DNA of 64,000 nucleotides from Candidatus Gottesmanbacteria bacterium (GTDB taxonomy: Bacteria; Patescibacteriota; Microgenomatia; 2-02-FULL-39-11). The notes below the pieces were generated by a model. It made no database searches. It was given only the letters and a program-made list of their open reading frames with translations, and was not told the origin of the DNA. Shown in pieces: positions 55,856 through 64,000 of the stretch. Numbering within the stretch: position 1 is the stretch's first letter; every line of letters begins with the position of its first letter. Location: the NCBI GenBank assembly GCA_016186795.1, contig JACPKY010000002.1:861892-925891 (forward strand), in the 5' to 3' direction. The position numbers and the translations under genes were made by a program.

Positions 55856-58800
55856 TTAATGGTGACCCCCTCCCCCACCACCTTCTTCCTCTTCATCTTT
55901 TGCTGTCAATGCCTGATACATCATCAGAACCCATGCCATCATAATTCCAAGCGTTATCGCCTCATAAAGAGCATGGAATTTGGTTCCTCCTATCTCTTCC
56001 TCAAGCTGATGAACTGAGTAAGCTAGTTCCGCACCCCCAATATAATCCGCATGCTTCCAGGGAAGAAGATTTTCTGCTCCAAGTCGGTGTGCAAATTCAT
56101 ATAATTTATTTGCATCCCAAGCAGCCCCTGCTTGACGACTGCTTACTTTCTGGGCAATTGAGCTATCGACACCCAAAGCCACAAGTTTACCAAATATGCC
56201 AGTTTTACTCGCCCACCAAGCTTGTTTAAAAAACTTAGCTGTTGCCTCTGCATGGAGGGCAATTTTTTTCTCGGAAAACCATTTATCATCTTCCTCATAT
56301 GCTTCAGACATCTCATGGAAACTTTCAAAAATGGCTTTCATATCTCCACTCGTACTTAAATTTCTTGTTACATACTTCATCTCTGCTTTAAGTCCCTTTG
56401 CGTGTCCTTCAAAATCACCACCACGCCTTGCCCATTGTCTATACCCGAGATTAATAAGTTCCATTTTGTCCCATACGACGTCTTCGGTACTAAGAAGATA
56501 CGGGTTCTTTTTATGTAATAGTTCTTCTGTGAGTTGAAAATAGGGGGCAGAAGTGGGATCTCGTCTGGCAGCCTCATGAGCCCGCTCCAAGATGGCATTT
56601 ATATGCTTTTTCGGATGTCGATGATGTGCATCCCACACATTGTCCCAATTTAATATAAGGTTTTTTCCTTGACCATTCTCGCTATAATGAAGTCCTAATG
56701 CTTCCATCCATTCCCGTTCTGACCATGTACCTAAAATTGCCTTTTTTGATTTCCGAAAATATTCCCGTGCACGAGTTTGTCGAAGAATTGTCTCAGCCCG
56801 ATCCTCCACCCAATTCCCTTGGGCATCTTGCCGGACTGCCTTAATTTTGTCAAAGTCACTCTCATACCAAACGCCATTTACTTGTTCACGAACTTCACGA
56901 ATCGCTCTTGGACCCTTTTCATCGTACAACGAGGCATGGGCAACAATATCAATGTCTCCTTCTAACACTCCGATCTGCTCTCGAAGCCACCTTTTGTGCG
57001 TATTGGTAATGTTACCACCAACATCAAAAATATGCTCGAAATCAAGCCCTGGGAACATTTCCTCAATAATCTTATCTCGAAGTGATTTTTTCCGCAGTTT
57101 CCCGTGATACTGTTCCATAACGTATGTGTTCCTCGCCACAATATGCGGACTTCGAGTGGCCATCTGCACCCAGGTAAACGTATTATAGATATCATTTACT
57201 TCTTGAGTCAGTTCTTCAATGGCATGAACCATGGGTTTCCCGTGCTCTGTAAGTTCTTTCCACTCTCTACGTACATCTGCGGTATAAATTCCAAGAAGCG
57301 GCTCCTCGTTTTTCCCAGCTTTCCGCCACTCTCTTTCAAACCACTCCATATCAACTGCCTGACCATTTGGTAATAAATAATCTCCTTCCCGTACGTCTCC
57401 CATTCTCCGAAGCTTTATTTTCCCGGTTGAAATAAGTTCATATAAAAATCTCTCTTTGAAATGTCTCTCGACTAAAAATTCTTTCACGTCTTCAGTTGCC
57501 CATTTCTTGTTCATAAAAGATAGCCGTATCGAACCGCCAAGGTACTCTCTCTCACGATCAAGCATGCCTATTATCGCATCGTGCACTCCCCATGTACTCC
57601 ATGGACCAAATCTGCCGGAAAACATCCCGTAGGCATACTTTTGCATGAAAGACTCAGCCTTATCACCGAATTCTTCTTCAAAAGTACCATTCACTATCGC
57701 ATCAAATACTCTCTGCGGTTCATTAATATCAAACACTTTTCCTTTCTCGCCTTCTCCTGCACCAATAATAATATTCCAGTACGCTCTAAATTTATCATCG
57801 GCAACACGCCATTTCATAAATAAGTGAAGGGGGTTTATAAAGCGGGACATTCCTTCATAGGGAACGCTGGAAAATACTTTATCCTTATCACTCCAATCAG
57901 GCATATCCTGAGGTATCCATGCAGGAACTCGCTGGAGTGCAAATATCTCAAGAAGTCGGGCGCTTAATAGTCCAAACCCTTTTGCCTGCTGGAGAGCGGC
58001 GTTTAGTCGCCACTTCCCTTCTCCGTCAAACTGGGAACGGCGGACAGGATTTTCTCTATCCCAAATAACTCGTCTTCCATCTCTATCTTTCATCACTGTC
58101 CCATCGGGATTTCGCATTGCATCATGAATAACTCCTGCGTCAACCATCTGCATAAATCTGTCATAAACCATCTCATCCCAGAGCGAATCTCCGGCAAACC
58201 GACCGTCAGCCGTTGGCTCAACAAACTGGGGAGGAATTCTCCCGTTGAAGGTTTTTAATACGTCCCACAAGACTCTTTCGTATAAATTGATGAGCTGCTC
58301 AACAATTGGATCTTCCATCATATCCATGGTGAAAGAGTTGCGTGAGAATGTTGTTAGAACCTTCCAACTCTCTTCATTTCCTTCGGGGTGAAGAGCAATA
58401 ACAACCGCATCGTGTGCCGCAAAGATTCCATACATTCTATTCGTTAACCTGCTTGAGAGTTTGTATCCCCCTTCATACTCTTGAATCATCTCCATCAGTT
58501 CATTCATTGCTTCGGCTTCGTACAAACCCCAAGCGTCACGATGTTGTTCTGTGGCTTTGGCAAGAACACGCCTGAGAATTTTATAAAACGTTTGCTCAAA
58601 GATGACTGCTCGTTTTTTCCCTTCATCAACTTGACCGGTAACCGAATCAAGAAGTGACCGTAACTGGACCTCATCAATATCAAACATTGCAAGCGTTCGG
58701 GATTCCTGATACCGCTCACCTCTTTCCTGAGCAGCTCTTGCTTGCATTTTCCGTTTGTGCTTCAAGATATGCTGAGTGAACTGCCACGAGTTTTCCATTG

Positions 58801-59677
58801 TTAAACGATCTCTTTCTGGTAATGCCGCTGTATCTCTCATAACATCAAGTATTTTCCGATTAAATTCTTCAAGAGCTACTTCGTACTTTTTCTTGTAAAC
58901 GATATGCCCTAGCCTTGATAGATTTGTGTCTTCTTCAGCAGAATCAGACGTATCTGTAAACTCATTGGGGTTTGCAGCTATTCGTTCTTTGAGATACTGG
59001 TAGACTCGCTTTTCTCCAACTGATGCATTTGGATCAATTGATCCATACCGGCCGGTAAAATCAAGCGGAGTCACTGGCGTTCTTGGCCTTCCGATTTCTG
59101 CTCCTCCTCTTTCTGGTGGAACGTTTGCCTCATACGCAGTCCGTGCATTTGTCAAATCCGCATTGTAGTCGGCATTTCGGATGTCCGGTAAACTCAAATT
59201 ATGAATTTGCTGCAATCGAAACTCGATCCGCTGTCCAAGTTGTTCTAAACTTCGTAAATCCCTGTCGTTTTGAGGAAGCGGTGCAATCTCCTGCTGCAAG
59301 AAACTGACATCTCTTAACTTCTTAAGAAGAATATCGTATGTTGCCGCATCTTGAGCAAGGTGAGGAGTCACACTTCTAAGTTCAACGATGAGATTGACAA
59401 CACCCGGATTATTCGATAATGTCTGCGGGGTAAAGGCAAGACCTTGGAGAAGATGCCCAGCTGGAAGATTTCTGAGCATTTCCAAAACTTCTTGTGCCCG
59501 CGCTTCGCTATATTTCGGATAATGCTTCTTTGATTTGAGTCTTCCCTCAACCTCTGCACGCTGTAGAATTCTTTCTGCTGCTAGTCGTGCTTCCAAAACC
59601 GGATCACGAACTTCGGGAGTTCCCCCTCGTCCCAATGCTCCTTGAACAAGTCTCGTCAAGGTCTCTAAAAACGCCAT
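55856..59677 (-). CDS. Giant (1273 aa) hypothetical protein, soluble with single C-terminal TM and Glu/Gly/His tail
   Basis: Uninterrupted ORF; no signal peptide; C-terminal LYEAITLGIMMAWVLMMYQAL TM then KDEEEEGGGGGGHH; Trp/Arg/Glu-rich; no recognised catalytic motif. Confidence 0.6.
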   Translation of the reverse strand: MAFLETLTRLVQGALGRGGTPEVRDPVLEARLAAERILQRAEVEGRLKSKKHYPKYSEARAQEVLEMLRNLPAGHLLQGLAFTPQTLSNNPGVVNLIVELRSVTPHLAQDAATYDILLKKLRDVSFLQQEIAPLPQNDRDLRSLEQLGQRIEFRLQQIHNLSLPDIRNADYNADLTNARTAYEANVPPERGGAEIGRPRTPVTPLDFTGRYGSIDPNASVGEKRVYQYLKERIAANPNEFTDTSDSAEEDTNLSRLGHIVYKKKYEVALEEFNRKILDVMRDTAALPERDRLTMENSWQFTQHILKHKRKMQARAAQERGERYQESRTLAMFDIDEVQLRSLLDSVTGQVDEGKKRAVIFEQTFYKILRRVLAKATEQHRDAWGLYEAEAMNELMEMIQEYEGGYKLSSRLTNRMYGIFAAHDAVVIALHPEGNEESWKVLTTFSRNSFTMDMMEDPIVEQLINLYERVLWDVLKTFNGRIPPQFVEPTADGRFAGDSLWDEMVYDRFMQMVDAGVIHDAMRNPDGTVMKDRDGRRVIWDRENPVRRSQFDGEGKWRLNAALQQAKGFGLLSARLLEIFALQRVPAWIPQDMPDWSDKDKVFSSVPYEGMSRFINPLHLFMKWRVADDKFRAYWNIIIGAGEGEKGKVFDINEPQRVFDAIVNGTFEEEFGDKAESFMQKYAYGMFSGRFGPWSTWGVHDAIIGMLDREREYLGGSIRLSFMNKKWATEDVKEFLVERHFKERFLYELISTGKIKLRRMGDVREGDYLLPNGQAVDMEWFEREWRKAGKNEEPLLGIYTADVRREWKELTEHGKPMVHAIEELTQEVNDIYNTFTWVQMATRSPHIVARNTYVMEQYHGKLRKKSLRDKIIEEMFPGLDFEHIFDVGGNITNTHKRWLREQIGVLEGDIDIVAHASLYDEKGPRAIREVREQVNGVWYESDFDKIKAVRQDAQGNWVEDRAETILRQTRAREYFRKSKKAILGTWSEREWMEALGLHYSENGQGKNLILNWDNVWDAHHRHPKKHINAILERAHEAARRDPTSAPYFQLTEELLHKKNPYLLSTEDVVWDKMELINLGYRQWARRGGDFEGHAKGLKAEMKYVTRNLSTSGDMKAIFESFHEMSEAYEEDDKWFSEKKIALHAEATAKFFKQAWWASKTGIFGKLVALGVDSSIAQKVSSRQAGAAWDANKLYEFAHRLGAENLLPWKHADYIGGAELAYSVHQLEEEIGGTKFHALYEAITLGIMMAWVLMMYQALTAKDEEEEGGGGGGHH

Positions 59678-59752
59678 ACTTTTACTATCTCATACCCTCT
59701 TTTGAGACGCAATAAAAATGCACGAAAAAAGAATCGTCGACAAAAGAATAAC

Positions 59753-60541
59753 TTAAGAGGAGGGAACAAATGTATAAGGAGTCAGATGTTTGAATTGATT
59801 CGCTTTATAGCGAAGAAGAACTTTTTTGACAATATCAGGAGAAAACCCGCTTGGAATAATTTCTTTCTCTGTTTTCTTCTTATCATGGAGTTGGAATAAA
59901 ATTCTATCAGCATCTTCATACGAAAAACCAAATTCGGTCTCGTCAGTTTGCCCCTCCCAAAGACCCGCGGTTGGATGGATTGCAATAATTGCAGAGGGAA
60001 TACCTAAATACTGGGCAAGTTTTTGTATCTGCGTCTTGTAAAAGTTCAAAAGCAACTCTACATCCGACGCTTCATCTCCAAACCTTGTAAAGTATCCAAG
60101 AAGATGTTCTGTTTTATTTTCTGTCCCTAAAACAAGTGCATTACGCATCTTTGCTTGATCAAAAAGACACATCATACGAACTCTCGCCATCACGTTTCCT
60201 TTCCGTACACGATCTACCGAGGGATCAGTTGAAACGTACTCATCGACGATTGGCTGAATATCGATGCGACAGACATTTTCGTAGGGAATGTGCAACCAAG
60301 AAATTACTTCGCTTGCGTATTTTTCCCCGGACTGATTAAACGCACCATAAGGTAAAAGGTGTGGAAAAACATTTTTCTCTCCAATTGCCTGGACTGCAAG
60401 GGTAGCGGCTACTGTCGAGTCAACTCCCCCTGATAAACCGATAACAAATCTGGGTCTATCAGTCTCTTGAACTATTTTCTTTATAAAAAGTTTGATTTCT
60501 TCAAGAGTTTTTCCCCAATCGAGTGGTCCCAAATCATTCAT
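59753..60541 (-). CDS. nadE: NH3-dependent NAD+ synthetase
   Basis: 262 aa; PP-loop VIGLSGGVDSTVAATLA. Confidence 0.8.
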   Translation of the reverse strand: MNDLGPLDWGKTLEEIKLFIKKIVQETDRPRFVIGLSGGVDSTVAATLAVQAIGEKNVFPHLLPYGAFNQSGEKYASEVISWLHIPYENVCRIDIQPIVDEYVSTDPSVDRVRKGNVMARVRMMCLFDQAKMRNALVLGTENKTEHLLGYFTRFGDEASDVELLLNFYKTQIQKLAQYLGIPSAIIAIHPTAGLWEGQTDETEFGFSYEDADRILFQLHDKKKTEKEIIPSGFSPDIVKKVLLRYKANQFKHLTPYTFVPSS

Positions 60542-60547
60542 AAGGTA

Positions 60548-61108
60548 TTAGCGGTAAAGGTTGCGCATTCTGATGTAATTTTCCACCTCCGGGAAAACTA
60601 ATCCAGAAATTGTTCTTGCGGTGCCAACTCGTTCTCTTATCATCGAAGAAGAAATATTACTCAAAAGAAGACTTCCTTCTATCCGATGAAAGCCTTGCGG
60701 AAGCGATTTAATGGGATAATCTTTCCTGGGGAAAACAAGAAACTCAATCATTCGTGAAAGTTTTTTATAGTCTCGCCAGCGGGAAAATTCACCCATCACA
60801 TCAGATCCCACAATCCAGAAATATCTATTTGAAGCATCTCTAACTAATTCTTTCACCACATCAATTGTGTAGGTTATAGATTCTCGACTTATGGCAATTG
60901 TTGAAAGTTTAATTCTTCCAGTTTCAAGATAATGGAGCATCTCGATTCTGTCAGAAGGAGAAGCAACAATTGATTTAAAAGCATTGGAATAATCCGGAAG
61001 AAGCCACACTTGATCAAGTCCTTTCACATTTTCCAGTACCTGCTGAGACGTCCAGAAATGCCAGATGTGGGGAGGATCAAATCTCCCTCCTAAGATTGCT
61101 ACATTCAT
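60548..61108 (-). CDS. nadD: Nicotinate-nucleotide adenylyltransferase
   Basis: 186 aa; ILGGRFDPPHIWH (GGxFDPxHxxH) motif. Confidence 0.75.
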   Translation of the reverse strand: MNVAILGGRFDPPHIWHFWTSQQVLENVKGLDQVWLLPDYSNAFKSIVASPSDRIEMLHYLETGRIKLSTIAISRESITYTIDVVKELVRDASNRYFWIVGSDVMGEFSRWRDYKKLSRMIEFLVFPRKDYPIKSLPQGFHRIEGSLLLSNISSSMIRERVGTARTISGLVFPEVENYIRMRNLYR

Positions 61109-61320
61109 GTCTTTCTATCCTTGTGAAATTGTGCAATTGACACTTCAACAAACTTTGTAAAACCTAGAATTGCCGGAAATGAAAATGCTCCCTCGGTTTT
61201 TATCCACTGACTAAAACTTGCACATGATGGACAACTATGGAAAGCTGCGTAGAGAATTAAATCGAGAAGAAGTGTCAATGGTAATAGTAGCAAGGCAAAC
61301 GTAAGATTTCTTTTATTCAT
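61105..61320 (-). CDS. Small hypothetical membrane protein (CPSC motif)
   Basis: 71 aa; one TM; 4-bp overlap with nadD. Confidence 0.35.
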   Translation of the reverse strand: MNKRNLTFALLLLPLTLLLDLILYAAFHSCPSCASFSQWIKTEGAFSFPAILGFTKFVEVSIAQFHKDRKT

Positions 61321-61365
61321 CGTATTTAGAATTTTACCACGATTGACGTACTTTTGGGGAAATAC

Positions 61366-62655
61366 TTACGTTTTTTTGATGTAGGTAAGTGAGGCAATCA
61401 GAACAAAAAGGAGTTGTCCCTGTTGAAGAGTGATAAGATAATGATCAAAAAGTCCTAGAAAAAGAAGAAGGAACAAAAGGAGTGGACCAAAAATAGATCG
61501 ATTACTTTTTTGGTATAAACCGTAAAGTGCAATAAGGAAAAAACAAAACCCAATAAACCCAGTCTCAGAAAGAATGAGCATGTAAATATTATGAACTGGC
61601 TGAAAAATAGAATAGGAGGAAATATTTGTAAGAAGTGATGGTAAATTCACTAGGAAGTTATTGAGTCCTACACCAATAAATGGAGAGAGTGATACCATCT
61701 GCGTTGCTGCCCAAAGTAGTGTTCCTCGCTCCATCCAATGATTACCTCCCATGGTTAAAAGTTGGGGGAAAAAAAGAGGAATCAGAATTGAGGAAAGAAA
61801 AGACATTCCCAGAATCCAGAGAGAAACTGAAATAAATACTGGCGGCAGACGCCTTTTCATGCTCTCGACTCCCAAAAGAAAAATGCCCAGAATAAATACA
61901 ATCCATGCGGCACGGCTTACTGTAAGAAGAAGTGCAACCATTCCGATAACGCACGAAAGCGTGAGAAATATCTGTTCGTTTTTTTCAAATAATTTCTTAA
62001 GGTAAGTAAGTCCCCACAGAAGCGCTACAATTGAAAGAGCCAAAAAACCACCAAGCACATTTGGGTGGGGGAACGTCGCGTAAGGCCGAAGATATAATGC
62101 TCCATCGTATGAAAATGTTGTGATCCCTGGAGTAGAAGCATAGAATGATCTTTCTCCCAACCACCAAAGACCAAATCCAATTGAACGACCAAGATAAAAC
62201 TGGCCAAAGGCGATGAGTGACTCAAAAAATACCCCTACTCCCAAAAGGAGAAGAACAGTTTTTATATTCGGTCGAATCTGTACGATTGCCCATCCCAGTA
62301 ACAAAAATTCAATAATTTTCACCCATTTATACACTGCGGCGCCAACATTAACAGACATAAGACTCGTTGCCAGAACGTACGTAACTCCTACTAAGAGAAA
62401 TACAAAACTTTTTGACTGTATAAAGCTCGTAAGGAATTTTTTTTGCGTACAAAATTTGTGGTATAAAACTCCCACAACAATACAAATAACAAGTAAATCG
62501 GTAAAATAAAGCGTTGGAATAAGATAATCAATTGGAACTCCCTCGATCTGAGAAAAAGGGAGGAAAAAATGTAACCCTAACTGTGTTGGGAGGAAAAGGA
62601 CCAACAGATAAAAAAGAGAGGCAGCCATCCTCATGACAACTCCATTGTATACCAT
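61366..62655 (-). CDS. O-antigen ligase/polymerase (Wzy_C)-like polytopic membrane protein
   Basis: 429 aa; about 12 TM with one larger extracytoplasmic loop, typical architecture. Confidence 0.5.
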   Translation of the reverse strand: MVYNGVVMRMAASLFYLLVLFLPTQLGLHFFLPFSQIEGVPIDYLIPTLYFTDLLVICIVVGVLYHKFCTQKKFLTSFIQSKSFVFLLVGVTYVLATSLMSVNVGAAVYKWVKIIEFLLLGWAIVQIRPNIKTVLLLLGVGVFFESLIAFGQFYLGRSIGFGLWWLGERSFYASTPGITTFSYDGALYLRPYATFPHPNVLGGFLALSIVALLWGLTYLKKLFEKNEQIFLTLSCVIGMVALLLTVSRAAWIVFILGIFLLGVESMKRRLPPVFISVSLWILGMSFLSSILIPLFFPQLLTMGGNHWMERGTLLWAATQMVSLSPFIGVGLNNFLVNLPSLLTNISSYSIFQPVHNIYMLILSETGFIGFCFFLIALYGLYQKSNRSIFGPLLLFLLLFLGLFDHYLITLQQGQLLFVLIASLTYIKKT

Positions 62656-62681
62656 ACCAAGGAAAGAAGAAAAGAGGGTAT

Positions 62682-63152
62682 TTACCGAGGCTTAATGGTA
62701 ACTCGCCGTTCTTTCCCTTCACCTGTAGATTCGGACGTCACTTTGGCGTTTTCTGTAAGAAGAAGGTGAACAAAACGCCGTTCAAGCGGCGAAAGATATG
62801 GAAGCACAACCGGTACACCCGTTCCCTCCACTTCTCCTGCAATCCGCTCCACCATCTCTTTCAAACTATCCTCTCGCATTTTTCGATAATCACCAACATC
62901 CAATATAACTCGAACCCATTTCCCGAATTTTTTATACAACATTACACCCAGAAGCAACTGGAGACTATTAATACATTCCCCATGTCTCCCTATAAGTAAC
63001 CCTGTTTCCTCCGTTTCAATTCGCACTGCAAACTGATCTTCCTCCTGTTTTTCAATAGTTGTTGCTGCTTTAATCTCTAGAAGAGTAAATATCTGACTTA
63101 AAAGAGAGGAAATTTCTTTCTCAACATTCTTTTTTTCTTCTTTTTTTTTCAT
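62682..63152 (-). CDS. jag: Jag-like KH/R3H RNA-binding protein
   Basis: 156 aa; KH-like LLIGRHGECINSLQ and R3H SPLERRFVHLLL; immediately downstream of yidC. Confidence 0.75.
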   Translation of the reverse strand: MKKKEEKKNVEKEISSLLSQIFTLLEIKAATTIEKQEEDQFAVRIETEETGLLIGRHGECINSLQLLLGVMLYKKFGKWVRVILDVGDYRKMREDSLKEMVERIAGEVEGTGVPVVLPYLSPLERRFVHLLLTENAKVTSESTGEGKERRVTIKPR

Positions 63153-63155
63153 ACA

Positions 63156-63959
63156 TTACTTTAATTTGTTGGCTATTTGACGCTGTTGGATTATACCAAA
63201 GACCGTAAACGTATTCCAGTAAAGTGAAAGGCCAATCGGGAACGTGTAGGCAAAAAATCCGATCATGAGAGGCATCATAATTGACATTTGTTTCTGCATG
63301 GTGGTACTCATATCCTCTTCTTTTTTTTCACCTGTCTTCTCAAGAGATTTTCCCTCCATAGGTGGAGAAACGGTTGGTGTCATTGTTTTTGTCTGCCAGT
63401 ACTGCAAAAGTGCAGTCAAAAGAGGAATCGTGAGAAGAAAGATACCAGCAGTTTGCCAATCGGAAGGCTTTTGCGCAAGATTAACTCCAAAAAACGAGAG
63501 ATCAAGAGATTGAATGGTAAGAAACGGTGCATAAACAACCCTATTTATTCCGTCAACGACAGAAGAAATATCAGCACCGTTTAAAAGTTTGAAAAACAAG
63601 TTATAGAGGCCAAGAAGAATTGGCATTTGCAATAAAAGAGGCAAGCATCCTGCTGCAGGATTAACACCTGCCTCTTGATAAAGCCTGAGTTGTTCTTGGC
63701 TCAGGCGCTTTTTATCATCTTTGTGCTCACGACTTAGCCTATCAAGTTCTGGTTTCAGCTTTGCTAGTTTATGGGTATTTTTAAGTTGTGTTGCCATGAG
63801 AGGATTGAGAAGAATACGAATCACGATTGTAAGGAGAATAAGAGAAAAACCAAAAGCGCCAGGCAAATGCAAGAAAAGAAGCGCTTTATAGATCCCGATA
63901 AGAAGATTCAAAATTGGGATAAGAAGAAGAGTGTCAAAAATTGATTGAGTTTCAAACAT
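63156..63959 (-). CDS. yidC: Membrane protein insertase YidC (short form)
   Basis: 267 aa; 5 TM, conserved TM blocks and the yidD-yidC-jag gene order. Confidence 0.75.
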   Translation of the reverse strand: MFETQSIFDTLLLIPILNLLIGIYKALLFLHLPGAFGFSLILLTIVIRILLNPLMATQLKNTHKLAKLKPELDRLSREHKDDKKRLSQEQLRLYQEAGVNPAAGCLPLLLQMPILLGLYNLFFKLLNGADISSVVDGINRVVYAPFLTIQSLDLSFFGVNLAQKPSDWQTAGIFLLTIPLLTALLQYWQTKTMTPTVSPPMEGKSLEKTGEKKEEDMSTTMQKQMSIMMPLMIGFFAYTFPIGLSLYWNTFTVFGIIQQRQIANKLK

Positions 63960-63962
63960 AGA

Positions 63963-64000
63963 TTACGTCACCGGATCATACCCTTTTCCACCCCAGGGAT
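63963..64000 (-). CDS. yidD: Membrane protein insertion efficiency factor YidD, 5' partial (only C-terminal 11 codons in window)
   Basis: Minus frame reads ...PWGGKGYDPVT-stop, the conserved YidD C-terminus (GGYDPVP). Confidence 0.5.
   Translation of the reverse strand, partial: PWGGKGYDPVT

Noticed and set aside
1-64000. CRISPR arrays, rRNA genes, transposases or integrases
   Set aside because: No regularly spaced short direct repeats were found. No rRNA-like conserved stretches were seen. No DDE-transposase or tyrosine-recombinase motifs appear in any ORF. The only mobile-like signatures are the 38-bp direct repeats around the NYN gene and the tRNA-adjacent hairpin elements.

Overview
This window is a low-GC (about 38-40%), gene-dense bacterial chromosomal segment, read by eye without tools. 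Its content suggests a Candidate Phyla Radiation (Patescibacteria)-like genome: form II/III RuBisCO, an archaeal-style mevalonate operon, a minimal group 3 [NiFe] hydrogenase, and many small two-helix pilin-like proteins. This taxonomic call is an inference.

Main blocks:
- 1-2.6 kb: partial MBL hydrolase, GNAT acetyltransferase, tRNA-Ser, and a DsbA/VKOR pair.
- 2.7-7.9 kb: a [NiFe]-hydrogenase locus. hypC, a DMT transporter, an unknown ORF and a maturation protease lie on the + strand and converge on the small and large subunits on the - strand. A Crp/Fnr regulator follows.
- 9.2-13.3 kb: a thiol-redox island. It holds a DUF2703 protein, a glutaredoxin, a CcdA-DUF3179 fusion, two membrane thioredoxins and a second Crp/Fnr regulator.
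- 13.3-16 kb: a tRNA-rich islet on the - strand. Between Ser-GGA, Arg-CCG, Ser-CGA and Arg-GCG sit an HD hydrolase, a Nudix hydrolase and a RelA/SpoT-type small alarmone synthetase.
- 19.3-24.2 kb: two more Ser-type tRNAs, one with an odd ACU anticodon. They flank large GT-C-like membrane proteins.
- 24.2-25.8 kb: comF, then a tmRNA (ssrA, - strand), then smpB.
- 30.2-33.3 kb and 44.3-48.8 kb: two loci of TrbC/VirB2-like (T4SS-pilin-type) small proteins, ten paralogs in all. One is a 520-aa Cys-rich giant. One locus carries a NYN-nuclease insertion flanked by 38-bp direct repeats. A 150-bp gene-conversion tract links two adjacent paralogs. A VirB6-like polytopic protein follows the second locus.
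- 35.5-42.7 kb: a complete mevalonate pathway operon (HMGR, HMGS, thiolase, DUF35 scaffold, two GHMP kinases, MVD) running into UppS.
- 49.8-55.8 kb: form II/III RuBisCO with an unusual neighbourhood (P-loop kinase, HAD phosphatase, two atypically long MDR dehydrogenase paralogs). Directly upstream lies a 1273-aa tail-anchored protein.
- 59.7-64 kb: nadE, nadD, an O-antigen-ligase-like protein, jag, yidC and partial yidD.

No rRNA, CRISPR array or obvious transposase was seen.
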